NCBI GenBank assembly: GCA_963972525.1
Contig: CAXAUZ010000016.1
Span: forward strand, 18,515-82,514
Origin: an uncultured Acidimicrobiaceae bacterium
GTDB taxonomy: Bacteria > Actinomycetota > Acidimicrobiia > Acidimicrobiales > Salinilacustritrichaceae
Reading direction: 5' to 3'
Length of the DNA stretch: 64,000 bases
Part shown: positions 48,728 to 60,206 of the stretch, in pieces
Numbering within the stretch: position 1 is the stretch's first letter
Layout of the letters: each line of letters starts with the position of its first letter
The notes under the pieces: model-generated
The model's database searches: none
Seen by the model: the letters and a program-made list of their open reading frames with translations, nothing else
What the model was told of the DNA's origin: nothing
Made by a program: the position numbers and the translations under genes

Positions 48728-49729
48728 ATGCGAGCAGTCACCTTCGACCGGTTCGGCGACCCCGACGTCCTCCACGTCAGCCAGATCCCGGGGCCTCCCC
48801 CACCCCGGCCGGGCCAGGTCCTGGTCGAGGTCGGCGCCGCAGGGGTGAACCCGCTCGACGCCGCCCTGCGCGCCGGTCGGCTCGCGCCGCTCCTGGGCCG
48901 GCACTTCCCCATGGTCCCCGGCAACGACGCGGCCGGCACCGTGCTCGCCGTGGGTGACGGGGTGTCGGGCATCGAGGTCGGCCAGCGCGTCCACGGCTTG
49001 TTCGACGCCGCCGCGAGACCGGCGCGCCACGGCTTCGCGACGCCCGGGACCTACGCGCAGCTCGCACTCACGCGGGCGTCGGCACTGGCGACCGTGCCCG
49101 ACCGGATGGAGGTCGTCACCGCGGCGGCGATCCCGGTCGCCGGGCTCACCGCCTACCAGGTGCTGGTGCGCAAGGCGCGGGTCGAGCCCGGCTCATCGGT
49201 GCTGGTGATCGGGGCGTCGGGCGGCGTCGGGACCTTCGCCACCCAGATCGCCGCCGCGCTCGGCGCCGACGTGACCGGGGTCGCCGGCGGGCACCGGACC
49301 GAGCGGGTCCGAGCGCTGGGTGCACGGCGCGTGATCGACCACCACGACACCGACGTCGCCGGGCTGACCGAACGGTTCGACCTGGTCTACGACGTCTCGG
49401 GGCGCTTCTCCCACCGGCAGCTGCGCCGCCTCGTCGCCCCCGGCGGGCTCGCCGTCGCGAACCTCGGCCCGTCCGTCGCTGCCTTCTCGCCGGCGCTCCG
49501 GCATCCCGAGCGCCGGTTCGGTCGCCACGGGTTCGCATGGGTGTCGCCGGACGGTCGGGACCTGGCGGCGCTCGACCGGATGGTGGAGACCGGGGACGTC
49601 ACCCCGTGCATCGACGACGTCCTCCCCCTCGAGGAAGCCCCGGCCGCACACCGGCGCGTCGAGGCCGGCGGCACGTTCGGGAAGCTCGTGCTCGCGATGG
49701 ACGGGTCCCGCTCAGCCGCCGATCTGTGA
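48728..49729 (+). CDS. NADPH:quinone-reductase-like medium-chain dehydrogenase (zeta-crystallin type, no zinc ligands)
   Basis: MRAVTFDRFGDPDVLHV..IP.P.P..GQVLVEV.AAGVNPLD, GASGGVGTFATQIA, C-terminal GKLVL. Confidence 0.85.
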   Translation: MRAVTFDRFGDPDVLHVSQIPGPPPPRPGQVLVEVGAAGVNPLDAALRAGRLAPLLGRHFPMVPGNDAAGTVLAVGDGVSGIEVGQRVHGLFDAAARPARHGFATPGTYAQLALTRASALATVPDRMEVVTAAAIPVAGLTAYQVLVRKARVEPGSSVLVIGASGGVGTFATQIAAALGADVTGVAGGHRTERVRALGARRVIDHHDTDVAGLTERFDLVYDVSGRFSHRQLRRLVAPGGLAVANLGPSVAAFSPALRHPERRFGRHGFAWVSPDGRDLAALDRMVETGDVTPCIDDVLPLEEAPAAHRRVEAGGTFGKLVLAMDGSRSAADL

Positions 49730-50749
49730 CATCGACTTGCGGGGCCGGATGAACTGGACGTTGCCGATGGCGTGCCCGGCCCACTTGGCGCCGACCGCCC
49801 GCTGCATGACGGCGGCGAGGTCGTCGTCGGTGCCGCCCTCGCGCAGCGGCGCGCGCAGGTCGAACTCGTCGAGGGCGAACAGGCAGTTGCGCAGCTGGCC
49901 CTCGGCGGTGAGGCGCACCCGGTCGCAGGACTCACAGAACGGGCGGGTGACCGTCGGGATCACGCCGACCACGTCGCCGGCGGACGCGCCGGCCCGGCCG
50001 GCGGGGCGGTCGAGGTAGCGCCACTGTTCGGCCGGCTCGTGGCCCCGCACCACCGGCTCCATCGGGAAGACCTCGGCGATGCGTCGCACGATCTCGGCCT
50101 GGGGCACCACCTGGGCGTGCTCCCAGCCGCCGTCGGCGTCGAGGGGCATGAACTCGATGAAGCGGACCGTGACGTCGTTGTCGCGGCCGAAGCGGGCGAA
50201 GTCCACGACCTCGTCGTCGTTCACCCCGCCGACCAGCACCACGTTGACCTTCACCGGGTCGAGCCCGGCTTCCTTGGCCGCTTCGATGCCGTCGAGGACG
50301 CGGTCCAGCTCGTCCCGGCGGGTGAGCTCGAGGAACCGGTCCCGACGCAGGGAGTCGAGGCTGACGTTGATGCGGCGGAGGCCGGCGTCGGCGAGGGCCT
50401 GGGCCTGGCTCCGCAGGGTCGACCCGTTCGTGGTCATGGCCAGCTCCACGCCGAGGGCGGCGAGCTTCGCGACCAGGACCGGCAGGTGGGCCCGGACCGT
50501 GGGCTCGCCGCCGGTCAGGCGGATGCTGTCGACGCCGTAGCGCTCGACGAAGACCCGGGCGATGCGGGTGATCTCCTCGAAGGTGAGGATCTCCTCCCGG
50601 GCCATCCACTGCATGCCCTCCTCCGGCATGCAGTAGGTGCACCGGAAGTTGCAGCGGTCGGTGACCGAGATGCGCAGGTCGCGGTGGACGCGCCCGAAGC
50701 CGTCGACGAGCTGCTCGGGCGTGGTGGGACCGGTCATCAGGCGACCCAC
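49712..50749 (-). CDS. moaA: GTP 3',8-cyclase (radical SAM)
   Basis: LRISVTDRCNFRCTYCMPEEG, RLTGGEPT, C-terminal CESCDRVRLTAEGQLRNCLF. GTG at 50749 or ATG at 50737. The 3' end overlaps the convergent gene by 18 nt. Confidence 0.9.
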   Translation of the reverse strand: MGRLMTGPTTPEQLVDGFGRVHRDLRISVTDRCNFRCTYCMPEEGMQWMAREEILTFEEITRIARVFVERYGVDSIRLTGGEPTVRAHLPVLVAKLAALGVELAMTTNGSTLRSQAQALADAGLRRINVSLDSLRRDRFLELTRRDELDRVLDGIEAAKEAGLDPVKVNVVLVGGVNDDEVVDFARFGRDNDVTVRFIEFMPLDADGGWEHAQVVPQAEIVRRIAEVFPMEPVVRGHEPAEQWRYLDRPAGRAGASAGDVVGVIPTVTRPFCESCDRVRLTAEGQLRNCLFALDEFDLRAPLREGGTDDDLAAVMQRAVGAKWAGHAIGNVQFIRPRKSMSQIGG

Positions 50750-50783
50750 GGTACCGGTGGACCGGCCCGCCCGCTCGGGCCGG

Positions 50784-51557
50784 TCAGACCCGGGAGATGT
50801 GGCCGGTGACGTCGTCCTCGAACGTCCAGGCCGTCTCGCCCATGACGAGGCGGTGCCGGGATCCGGGGGCGTCGAGGTCCTCGGACTCGTAGGCGGCGTC
50901 GCCGTGCCAGAGGGCGACGAGCGTGCCGTCGGTGCCGCCCAGGATCTTGGTGACGTAGCGGAACGACTCGCGACCGCGAGCGGCGGCGAGCGCGGCGTCC
51001 ACGGTCTGGTGAGCGGCGAGGTCGTGCAGGGTCACCACCGTCGGCGGGACCAGCTGGATCTCCCCCGCGTCGCGGCGGGCCAGCATCTCGGCGGGCCGGA
51101 CCCACTCGTCCTCGTGGATCTCGCCCATGTCGATGGTGACGACGCCGTCCTCCCCCACCGGGGCCCGGCAGACGAAGAACCAGGTGGCGAAGCGCTTGGT
51201 CGAGTTCATCGCCACCGCGTCCGGCGGGGTCCAGTGCGAGAACAGCACCATCTGGTCGGGCTGGACCAGCAGGTCGGCCTCCTCGAGCGCCTCGCGCGCC
51301 GCGGCGGTACGGGCTGCCTCCAGCTCCTGCCCGGCCGGGGCGGGCCCGTCGGGCCCGTCGGGGTCGTCGGAGCTCGGCCAGTCCTCCGGGTCGATGCGGC
51401 CACCCGGGAACACCCACATCCCGCCGAAGGCGAGCTTGGAGTTCTTCCGCAGCATCAGCACCTCGAGCGCGGTGGTGCCGTCGGGCTGGCGGGCGTCGCG
51501 CAGGGGGATGACCGTCGCGGCGGGGATGAGCTCGCCCTCGGTGGGCAGGAACGTCAT
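50784..51557 (-). CDS. NUDIX-family hydrolase
   Basis: GGMWVFPGGRIDPED...AAAREALEEADL is a Nudix box interrupted by an acidic/Pro insert. 257 aa. Confidence 0.65.
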   Translation of the reverse strand: MTFLPTEGELIPAATVIPLRDARQPDGTTALEVLMLRKNSKLAFGGMWVFPGGRIDPEDWPSSDDPDGPDGPAPAGQELEAARTAAAREALEEADLLVQPDQMVLFSHWTPPDAVAMNSTKRFATWFFVCRAPVGEDGVVTIDMGEIHEDEWVRPAEMLARRDAGEIQLVPPTVVTLHDLAAHQTVDAALAAARGRESFRYVTKILGGTDGTLVALWHGDAAYESEDLDAPGSRHRLVMGETAWTFEDDVTGHISRV

Positions 51558-51567
51558 GGGGTGCCGG

Positions 51568-52391
51568 TCAGCTGCTGGCCTCGGCCAGCGCCCGTCCCGT
51601 GAGCACGCGGGCCAGGTGACGGCGGAACTCGACCGAGGCGTTCAGGTCGGCGGCGGGTTCGGTGCCCTCGTCGGCCACAGCGGCCGCGTCCTCCACCGAC
51701 GCACCCGAAGCGATGGCGGCCTCGCTGGCCGCGGCGTGGACCGGGCGGCTGTCCATGTTCACCAGGCCGATGCCGACCTGGTCGTCGCCGCGGCGCACGC
51801 ACGCGACGCCGACGATGGCCCAGTCCTGGGCGCGGCGGTTGAACTTCTGGAACGACCAGCCGGCGCCGGTCGCCTTCGGGACCCGGATCTCGGTGAGCAG
51901 CTCGGCCTCGCCGACCGCGGTCTCGAGGAAGCCCTGGAAGAAGTCGTCGGCCGGGACCTCGCGGGTGCCGTCCGCGCCCTGGACGACCAGCGTCGCGCCG
52001 AGGGCGAGGAGGACGGCGGGCAGGTCGGAGGCCGGGTCGCCGTGGGCGAGCGAACCGCCGATGGTGCCCCGGTGGCGGACCTGGGGGTCGCCGACGTGGG
52101 AGGTGGCGTGGGCGAGGATCGGCACGTCGCGCCGGAGGACGTCGCTGATCTCGACGTCGCGGTGCCGGGTGAGCGCACCGATCGCCACGTGGTCGCCCTC
52201 GTCGCGGATGTACTTGAGGTCGTCGACCCGGCCGACGTCGACGAGCACCGACGGGGTGGCCAGGCGCAGCTTCATGAGCGGGACGAGCGAGTGCCCGCCG
52301 GCGAGGACCTTGGCCTCGTCGCCGTGCTCGGCCAGCAGCGAGATGGCCTCGTCGGCCGATCCGGCCCGGACGTAGTCGAACGCCGCGGGGA

Positions 52392-52395
<4 letters not shown>
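51568..52395 (-). CDS. Molybdo-flavoenzyme FAD-binding medium subunit (CoxM/CutM-like)
   Basis: [45 protein letters not shown]...[20 protein letters not shown] at 52395 overlaps the coxS-like stop (GTGA). Confidence 0.85.
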
Positions 52396-52883
<488 letters not shown>

Positions 52884-53048
52884 CCCGTCACCCCCCTTTC
52901 CCTGAAGACCCGGCGCCTGTCGTGGCGACCTGGTCGACTTCCTAGCGCATCGAGGATGGAGGACGCGGACGGGGTGGTGGCACTACGCTGCCAGCAGCTG
53001 CCATCGCATGTCCCGGTGGCCGCGATCCGAGGGAGCGAGGGGTTCGGG

Positions 53049-53558
53049 ATGGGTTGGTTCCGGAGCACGCGAGGAGGCGGGGACGAGCCCTCGGCGTCGT
53101 TCGAGGAGCGCTTGGCCCAGATCAGCCCGGGCGTCCCGGGGCGCTGTCCGGCCTGCGACGGCCTCGGCTACATCGACAGCATCGACATCGGCCACCGCTA
53201 CCAGATCCAGCACTGCAAGGACTGCCTGCACCGCTGGGAGTACCTCTTCGATCCCGACGGCACCGTCGTGGGCCTCACCGAGCTCGACGACGCCGGCCGC
53301 CCCGTGGCCCGCTCCCGGGTCCGGGCCCAGCGCGCCGCACCCACCGCGGCCGACGAGGTCGACGACGTCGACGAGGTCGACGACGAGCCGGACGTGATCC
53401 TCGACCTGCGCGACGGCGCCCCGGCTGCACCGGACGACGCCGATGCCTCTGCGCCCGACGCTGACGACGCCGAGGACGACGCCGGGGTCACCGCTGAGGC
53501 CGCCGAGCCCGGGCAGCTCAGCCCGGCGGAGTGGCTCCGCCGCTCCGTGCAGCGCTGA
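53049..53558 (+). CDS. Hypothetical zinc-ribbon protein with a long acidic tail
   Basis: ATG at 53049. CPACDGLGYIDSIDIGHRYQIQHCKDCLHRW (CxxC...CxxC). Tail ADEVDDVDEVDDEPD...DDADASAPDADDAEDDAG. Opposite strand to the flanking cox-like genes. Confidence 0.55.
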   Translation: MGWFRSTRGGGDEPSASFEERLAQISPGVPGRCPACDGLGYIDSIDIGHRYQIQHCKDCLHRWEYLFDPDGTVVGLTELDDAGRPVARSRVRAQRAAPTAADEVDDVDEVDDEPDVILDLRDGAPAAPDDADASAPDADDAEDDAGVTAEAAEPGQLSPAEWLRRSVQR

Positions 53559-53567
53559 GCTGCGAGG

Positions 53568-55838
53568 TCAGCTCCGGGCCGCAGCGATCGCGTCCCACAC
53601 CCGCTCGGGCGTGCACGGCATGTCCACGTGGCGGACGCCGAGCGGGGACAGCGCGTCGCAGACGGCGGACTGCACGGCCGGGGTCGACCCGATCGTGCCC
53701 GACTCGCCGATGCCCTTCGCGCCGAGCGGGTTGAGCGGCGTCGCCGTCTCCATGCTGACCAGCTCGAAGCTCGGCAGCTCGGCCGCCGAGATCATCGTGT
53801 AGTCGGCGAGGTTGGCGGTCTGGGGGTTGCCGTCCTCGTCGTAGCGGACCCACTCGTAGAGCGCCTGGGCCACGCCCTGGGCGATGCCGCCGTGGCGCTG
53901 GCCCTCGACGAGCATCGGGTTGAGGATCGTGCCGGCGTCGTCGCAGGTGATCATGCGCTGCAGGCGGACCAGACCCGTCTCGGTGTCGACCTCGACCACT
54001 GCGACGTGGGCGCCGAAGGGGAACGTGGGGCTGTCGGCCTTGAAGTCCGTCTCGGCCTCGAGGCCGCCCTCGCCCGCTGCGCTGGCCACGTCGGCCCAGG
54101 ACCGCGACACCGCCGGCGTGCCCTGCACGTGGAAGGCGCCGCCGGCGCGGTCGAGCTCGATGTCGGCCGGATCGGCCTCGAGCAGGTCGGCTGCGATCTC
54201 CCGCGCCTTGTCGAGCACCTGCCCGGAGGCCTGGAAGATCGCCGAGCCGCCGAGCTGGAGGGACCGGGACCCGAACGTGCCCACCCCGCGGGCGACCTCG
54301 TCGGTGTCGCCGTGCTTGATCGTGACCTGCTCCATCGGGATGCCGAGGGTGTCGGTGACGAGCATGGCGAAGCTGGTGTCGTGGCCCTGGCCGTGGGCGC
54401 TGGAGCCGGTGTACGCGGTGGCCGACCCGTCGGGGTGGACCACGACGCGGCCGAACTCCTCCCCCGCCTGCGGGCCGGCGGTGACCTCGACGTACACGGA
54501 GACGCCGATGCCGAGCTGCACCGGGTCGCCGGCGTCGCGCCGGCGGGACTGCTCGGCCCGCAGCTCGGTGTAGCCGGCGGCCTCGAGGGCGAGGTCGAGG
54601 CTGCGCTCGTAGTCGCCGACGTCGTAGACCGCGTCGGTGGGGGTCGTGCGGGGGAAGTCGTCGGAGGCGATGAGGTTGCGCCGGCGGACCTCGGCGGGGT
54701 CCATGCCGAGCTCGGCGGCGTAGAGGTCCATGGCCCGCTCGATGGCCGCAGTGGCCTCCGGCCGGCCGGCGCCGCGGTAGGCCACGATGGGCGTGGTGTT
54801 CGTGAGCACCGAGCGAGCGTTGAACTGCACGTTCGGGATGTCGTAGACGCCGCTCGCCATCACCCGGGTCATGAACGGGAGGAACGCGCCGAGGGCGGCG
54901 TAGGCGCCGGCGTCCTGGGTGAGGTTGAGGCGGTAGGCCGTGACCTTGCCGTCGCGGGTGCCGCCCAGCTTGATGGACTGCCACTGGCCCCGACCCTGGC
55001 CCATCGCCACCATGTTCTCCGAGCGCGTCTCGGTCCAGCGGACGGGGCGGCCGACCTGGCGGGACAGCCAGCCGAGCAGCACCTCCTCGGGGTAGGCCCC
55101 GATCTTGGGCCCGAAGCCGCCGCCGACGTCGGGTGCGACGACGCGCACGCCGGCCTCGTCGAGGCCGTAGACGGCCTGGAGCGTGGCCTTGACCCCGTGG
55201 GGCGCCTGGGTGGAGCCGAAGTGGACGAGCCGCTCGCCGTCCCAGGTGGCGGCGGCCGAGCGGACCTCGAGCGGGCAGCCGGCCACGCGCTGGTTGAGGA
55301 AGTCGTGCTCGATGACGACCTCGCAGCCCTCGAAGGCCGCGTCGTCCTCACCGAAGAGGAGCTCGATGGCGGCGTTCGTGCCGGACTCCTCGAACAGCAG
55401 GGTGTCGCCCGAGAGGGCGTCCTCGGGCGTGAGCACGGCGGGGAGGAAGTCGATGTCGGCCCAGACCAGCTCGGCCGCGTCGGCGGCGGCGGTGGGCGTC
55501 TCGGCGACGATGGCGGCGATGGCCTCGCCGACGAAGCGGACCTTGCCCTGGGCCAGCGCGGGCTGGGCGTGCTGGGGGTTGAGCAGCGGCACGGCGAGGG
55601 GCATCGACGGCAGGTCGCCCAGGTCCTCGCCGGTGAAGACCGCCACCACGCCGGGGGCGTTGCGGGCCTCGTCGACGTCGATGCCGGCGATGGTGCCGTG
55701 GGCCGCCATCGACCGGACGTAGGCCACGTGGAGGGCGCCATCCAGCAGGGGGTCGCGCACATCCGCGACGTAGGTCCCCCCGACGGTGAGGAACTTGGGG
55801 TCCTCGCTGCGCAGGACCCGGTTGCCAAGGATGCTCAT
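53568..55838 (-). CDS. Molybdopterin-binding large subunit of a xanthine-dehydrogenase/CoxL-family enzyme (form II, AYRGAGR type)
   Basis: 756 aa. Active-site loop VAYRGAGRPEAT, not the AYxCSFR of bona fide CO dehydrogenases. Also GGGFG and GESG motifs. Confidence 0.9.
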   Translation of the reverse strand: MSILGNRVLRSEDPKFLTVGGTYVADVRDPLLDGALHVAYVRSMAAHGTIAGIDVDEARNAPGVVAVFTGEDLGDLPSMPLAVPLLNPQHAQPALAQGKVRFVGEAIAAIVAETPTAAADAAELVWADIDFLPAVLTPEDALSGDTLLFEESGTNAAIELLFGEDDAAFEGCEVVIEHDFLNQRVAGCPLEVRSAAATWDGERLVHFGSTQAPHGVKATLQAVYGLDEAGVRVVAPDVGGGFGPKIGAYPEEVLLGWLSRQVGRPVRWTETRSENMVAMGQGRGQWQSIKLGGTRDGKVTAYRLNLTQDAGAYAALGAFLPFMTRVMASGVYDIPNVQFNARSVLTNTTPIVAYRGAGRPEATAAIERAMDLYAAELGMDPAEVRRRNLIASDDFPRTTPTDAVYDVGDYERSLDLALEAAGYTELRAEQSRRRDAGDPVQLGIGVSVYVEVTAGPQAGEEFGRVVVHPDGSATAYTGSSAHGQGHDTSFAMLVTDTLGIPMEQVTIKHGDTDEVARGVGTFGSRSLQLGGSAIFQASGQVLDKAREIAADLLEADPADIELDRAGGAFHVQGTPAVSRSWADVASAAGEGGLEAETDFKADSPTFPFGAHVAVVEVDTETGLVRLQRMITCDDAGTILNPMLVEGQRHGGIAQGVAQALYEWVRYDEDGNPQTANLADYTMISAAELPSFELVSMETATPLNPLGAKGIGESGTIGSTPAVQSAVCDALSPLGVRHVDMPCTPERVWDAIAAARS

Positions 55839-55889
55839 CGGTACCCCTCCCTGCCCCCGAGCGGGGCAGCACGTCGACGTGCGGGGAAC

Positions 55890-57700
<1,811 letters not shown>

Positions 57701-57710
57701 TCACGACCGG

Positions 57711-60203
57711 ATGGCCGCCCCGGGCCCGGACGTAGGATCCCCGTCGGTGACCACGGCCGACTCCCTGCTGGACGAGCTGGACGCCGTCGCCGGGTCGTTC
57801 GCGCTGCACCTGCGCACCCGGGACGTCGCACGGGGCGTCGACGTCCTGCGTCAGGTCGCCGACGCCGTCCGCAGCACCGTCCGCGACGGCGTGGTCCCCC
57901 CTCGCACGTCGCCGGTCGCTCCCCTGCCCGACGGGCCGATCGTGCGCCTCGACGACCTGCCCACCGACCCGCTCACCCGCCGGCGCGTGGGCGACATCGT
58001 GGACGACCTGGTCGCCGAGGCCGGCTTCGAGCGCGGTGCCGCCGTCCTGTGCGAGGTGGACGGCCTGGCCGACCTCGACGACTGCCCCCGCGCCGTCGTG
58101 CTGCGCCTCTTCCCGAGCCCGCGGGGCAGCGCCGGCCACCTCCCCGCCGGCTGGATCGACCTCGCCGCCGAGTGGGTGTTCGGCGACCAGGACCCCGAGA
58201 CCGTGGTCCGGCTCCGGGTGCTCGGCGTCGAGGCGTCGGTGATGGCCAAGGAGGCAGCGGGCATCCTGCACGGCTGCGCCCGGGCGCGCGCGTGGTGCGA
58301 CGTCGTCACCGGCGACGTGGCCGGGCGCGTCCGCACGGCCTCGATCAGCTTCGGCGTCGCCCCCCACGTCGCCGTGGCGGCCGGTGGGCCGCGCTGCGAC
58401 GACGCCGGGCTGCTCGCCCGCTTCGAGCTCCTGGCCGACGTGGCGCGCGACCACGCCGCACCCGCGCCCCGCGGACGGGCCGAGGACCGCGTCGCGTACG
58501 CCTGCCTCGACTTCGAGGAGACGTTCGGCGACCTCGGCACCGGCCTGTCGGGCGCGCCCTGGACCGACGAGTCGGGGGCGTCGCCGAACCGGGTGGCCGG
58601 CCGCCTGGTGGATCGACGGATCCCCGAGGTGTTCGCCTTCCAGGTGCTCGGCCCCGGACACGTCGCGACGCTCGGCGACGAGGGCCGGGACCTGCGCCCC
58701 ATCGGTGAGGACCGGTGGGAGCTGGCGCTGGGCGACCCGGAGGACTGGCTACCGGCGACGGCGCTGCGCGACGAGGTCCGGCGCGAGGGCTGGCAGCTGC
58801 TCGCGCCGCTGCTCGTGCGCGACGCCGACCTCGACGACGAGCTGGCCGACGCGGGCGCCTCGGCCGACCCCACCGCTCCAGCCGGCAGCGAAGCCGGAGA
58901 TGGCGCCTGGACCACCGGGCTGCCCGATCTGTCGACGATCGTGATCGAGCCGCACTCCCACCCACGTCGGGGCAGCCGGCTCTCCGTGCTGGAGCTGGCC
59001 GCCTGGCTGGCGGGCGAGCCGCACTCCGACGATCCGGCCAACGTCGCGCCGGTGCTGCGCGTCTACGCGCGGGAGCTGGCCGCCGGCATCGACGACCCGC
59101 TGCGCCAGACCCTGCGGGACCGAGGGTCGCGCCTGGCCGCGACCGGCGGCGCCGACGCCGCCATCGAGCAGCGGCGGTCCTGGGTGCTGGCCGACCGGCT
59201 GCTCCGCCTCCACGCGTCGGCGTGGCTGGGCGCCGCGGGCCTCAGCGAATCAGCCGATCGCCTCCGCACGCTGGAGTCGATCGCCACCGACACCCAGCTG
59301 GTCCGGGGCGTGCACCTGCTCGGCAACGCGATCGGCACCGCCAGCCGGCGTCTGGAGACCACCCGCGCCATCGCCGGCGAGCGCGCCGACCTCGTGGATG
59401 CGCTGGCCTGGGAGATCTGGGAGGACGTCTGCCAGCGCTCGGGTGGGGCTGCCATCGCCGAGGCCGTGGTCCACGGGGTGCCCGGCTCGCTGACCTTCGC
59501 CACCGACCAGCGGGTGATGGAGCTGTCGAGGGATCCGGACCACCGCGTCGAGGTCGAGGCCTCGACCCGAGGGCTCGGCGACGAGGTCTGGTCCACGGCA
59601 CTGGCCGAGGTCGCGGCGATGGCGTGGCGCACCGGTTGGGCGGCAGCGGAGGCCTTCGTGCACCACGAGTCCACGTTCTCCGTGCGGACGACGCTGCGCC
59701 GCACCCTCCAGGAGATCCTGGCCGACGACGACGACATCGCCCTCGACATGCTGCTCGACGACATCGACACGACCGCCCGCGACACGATCGCCCGGCTGCT
59801 GCTCGTGGGCGACGACGAGAGCGACTACTGGGACAAGGCGATGGCGGCGTGCGCCGGCGTCGACGGCGGGCAGGACTGGTTGCGGGCCGTGGAGGAGACC
59901 CGGGCGGTGCTCGGCCCCTTGCTGTGCGACGAGGCGATCCAGATGGCTCGGGACCAGGTCGGCGAGTGGGCGGCCCGGGCGCCCGAGCTGGTCAGCCGCG
60001 CCGTCGTGGCGTCGGTGACGCGGGAGGCGTGCAGCATCGCCGGTCGCGGGGTCATCGCGCGCGTCGCCGCCGAGGCCCTCGCCCGGGGTGCGAGCGAGCC
60101 CGAGGCCGAGATCGCAGCGCTGGACGCGGTGGCCGCGCTGACCGACTCCCTCGGCCAGGACGCCGTCACCGTGCTGGACGAGCTGATCGAGCTCGACGGG
60201 TAG
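57711..60203 (+). CDS. Large hypothetical protein (830 aa), no recognisable domain
   Basis: ATG at 57711 is in frame with the ORF-track entry 57288..60203. Coding-like composition (Asp/Glu/Ala/Leu-rich) throughout. An N-terminal alpha/beta-looking region of about 420 aa, an acidic linker and a helical C-terminal region of about 380 aa. No Walker, nuclease, protease or TM motif seen. Confidence 0.7.
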   Translation: MAAPGPDVGSPSVTTADSLLDELDAVAGSFALHLRTRDVARGVDVLRQVADAVRSTVRDGVVPPRTSPVAPLPDGPIVRLDDLPTDPLTRRRVGDIVDDLVAEAGFERGAAVLCEVDGLADLDDCPRAVVLRLFPSPRGSAGHLPAGWIDLAAEWVFGDQDPETVVRLRVLGVEASVMAKEAAGILHGCARARAWCDVVTGDVAGRVRTASISFGVAPHVAVAAGGPRCDDAGLLARFELLADVARDHAAPAPRGRAEDRVAYACLDFEETFGDLGTGLSGAPWTDESGASPNRVAGRLVDRRIPEVFAFQVLGPGHVATLGDEGRDLRPIGEDRWELALGDPEDWLPATALRDEVRREGWQLLAPLLVRDADLDDELADAGASADPTAPAGSEAGDGAWTTGLPDLSTIVIEPHSHPRRGSRLSVLELAAWLAGEPHSDDPANVAPVLRVYARELAAGIDDPLRQTLRDRGSRLAATGGADAAIEQRRSWVLADRLLRLHASAWLGAAGLSESADRLRTLESIATDTQLVRGVHLLGNAIGTASRRLETTRAIAGERADLVDALAWEIWEDVCQRSGGAAIAEAVVHGVPGSLTFATDQRVMELSRDPDHRVEVEASTRGLGDEVWSTALAEVAAMAWRTGWAAAEAFVHHESTFSVRTTLRRTLQEILADDDDIALDMLLDDIDTTARDTIARLLLVGDDESDYWDKAMAACAGVDGGQDWLRAVEETRAVLGPLLCDEAIQMARDQVGEWAARAPELVSRAVVASVTREACSIAGRGVIARVAAEALARGASEPEAEIAALDAVAALTDSLGQDAVTVLDELIELDG

Positions 60204-60206
60204 GCG

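Noticed and set aside
53341-53470. GAC/GAG-rich direct repeats considered as a possible CRISPR-like or minisatellite array.
   Set aside because: They lie inside a consistent reading frame that encodes an acidic tail. There is no repeat-spacer periodicity and there are no cas genes.
53568-55838. Calling the cox-like cluster an aerobic carbon-monoxide dehydrogenase.
   Set aside because: The large-subunit active-site loop reads AYRGAGR rather than AYxCSFR, and no coxDEF-type genes are present. Only a generic xanthine-dehydrogenase-family call is supported.
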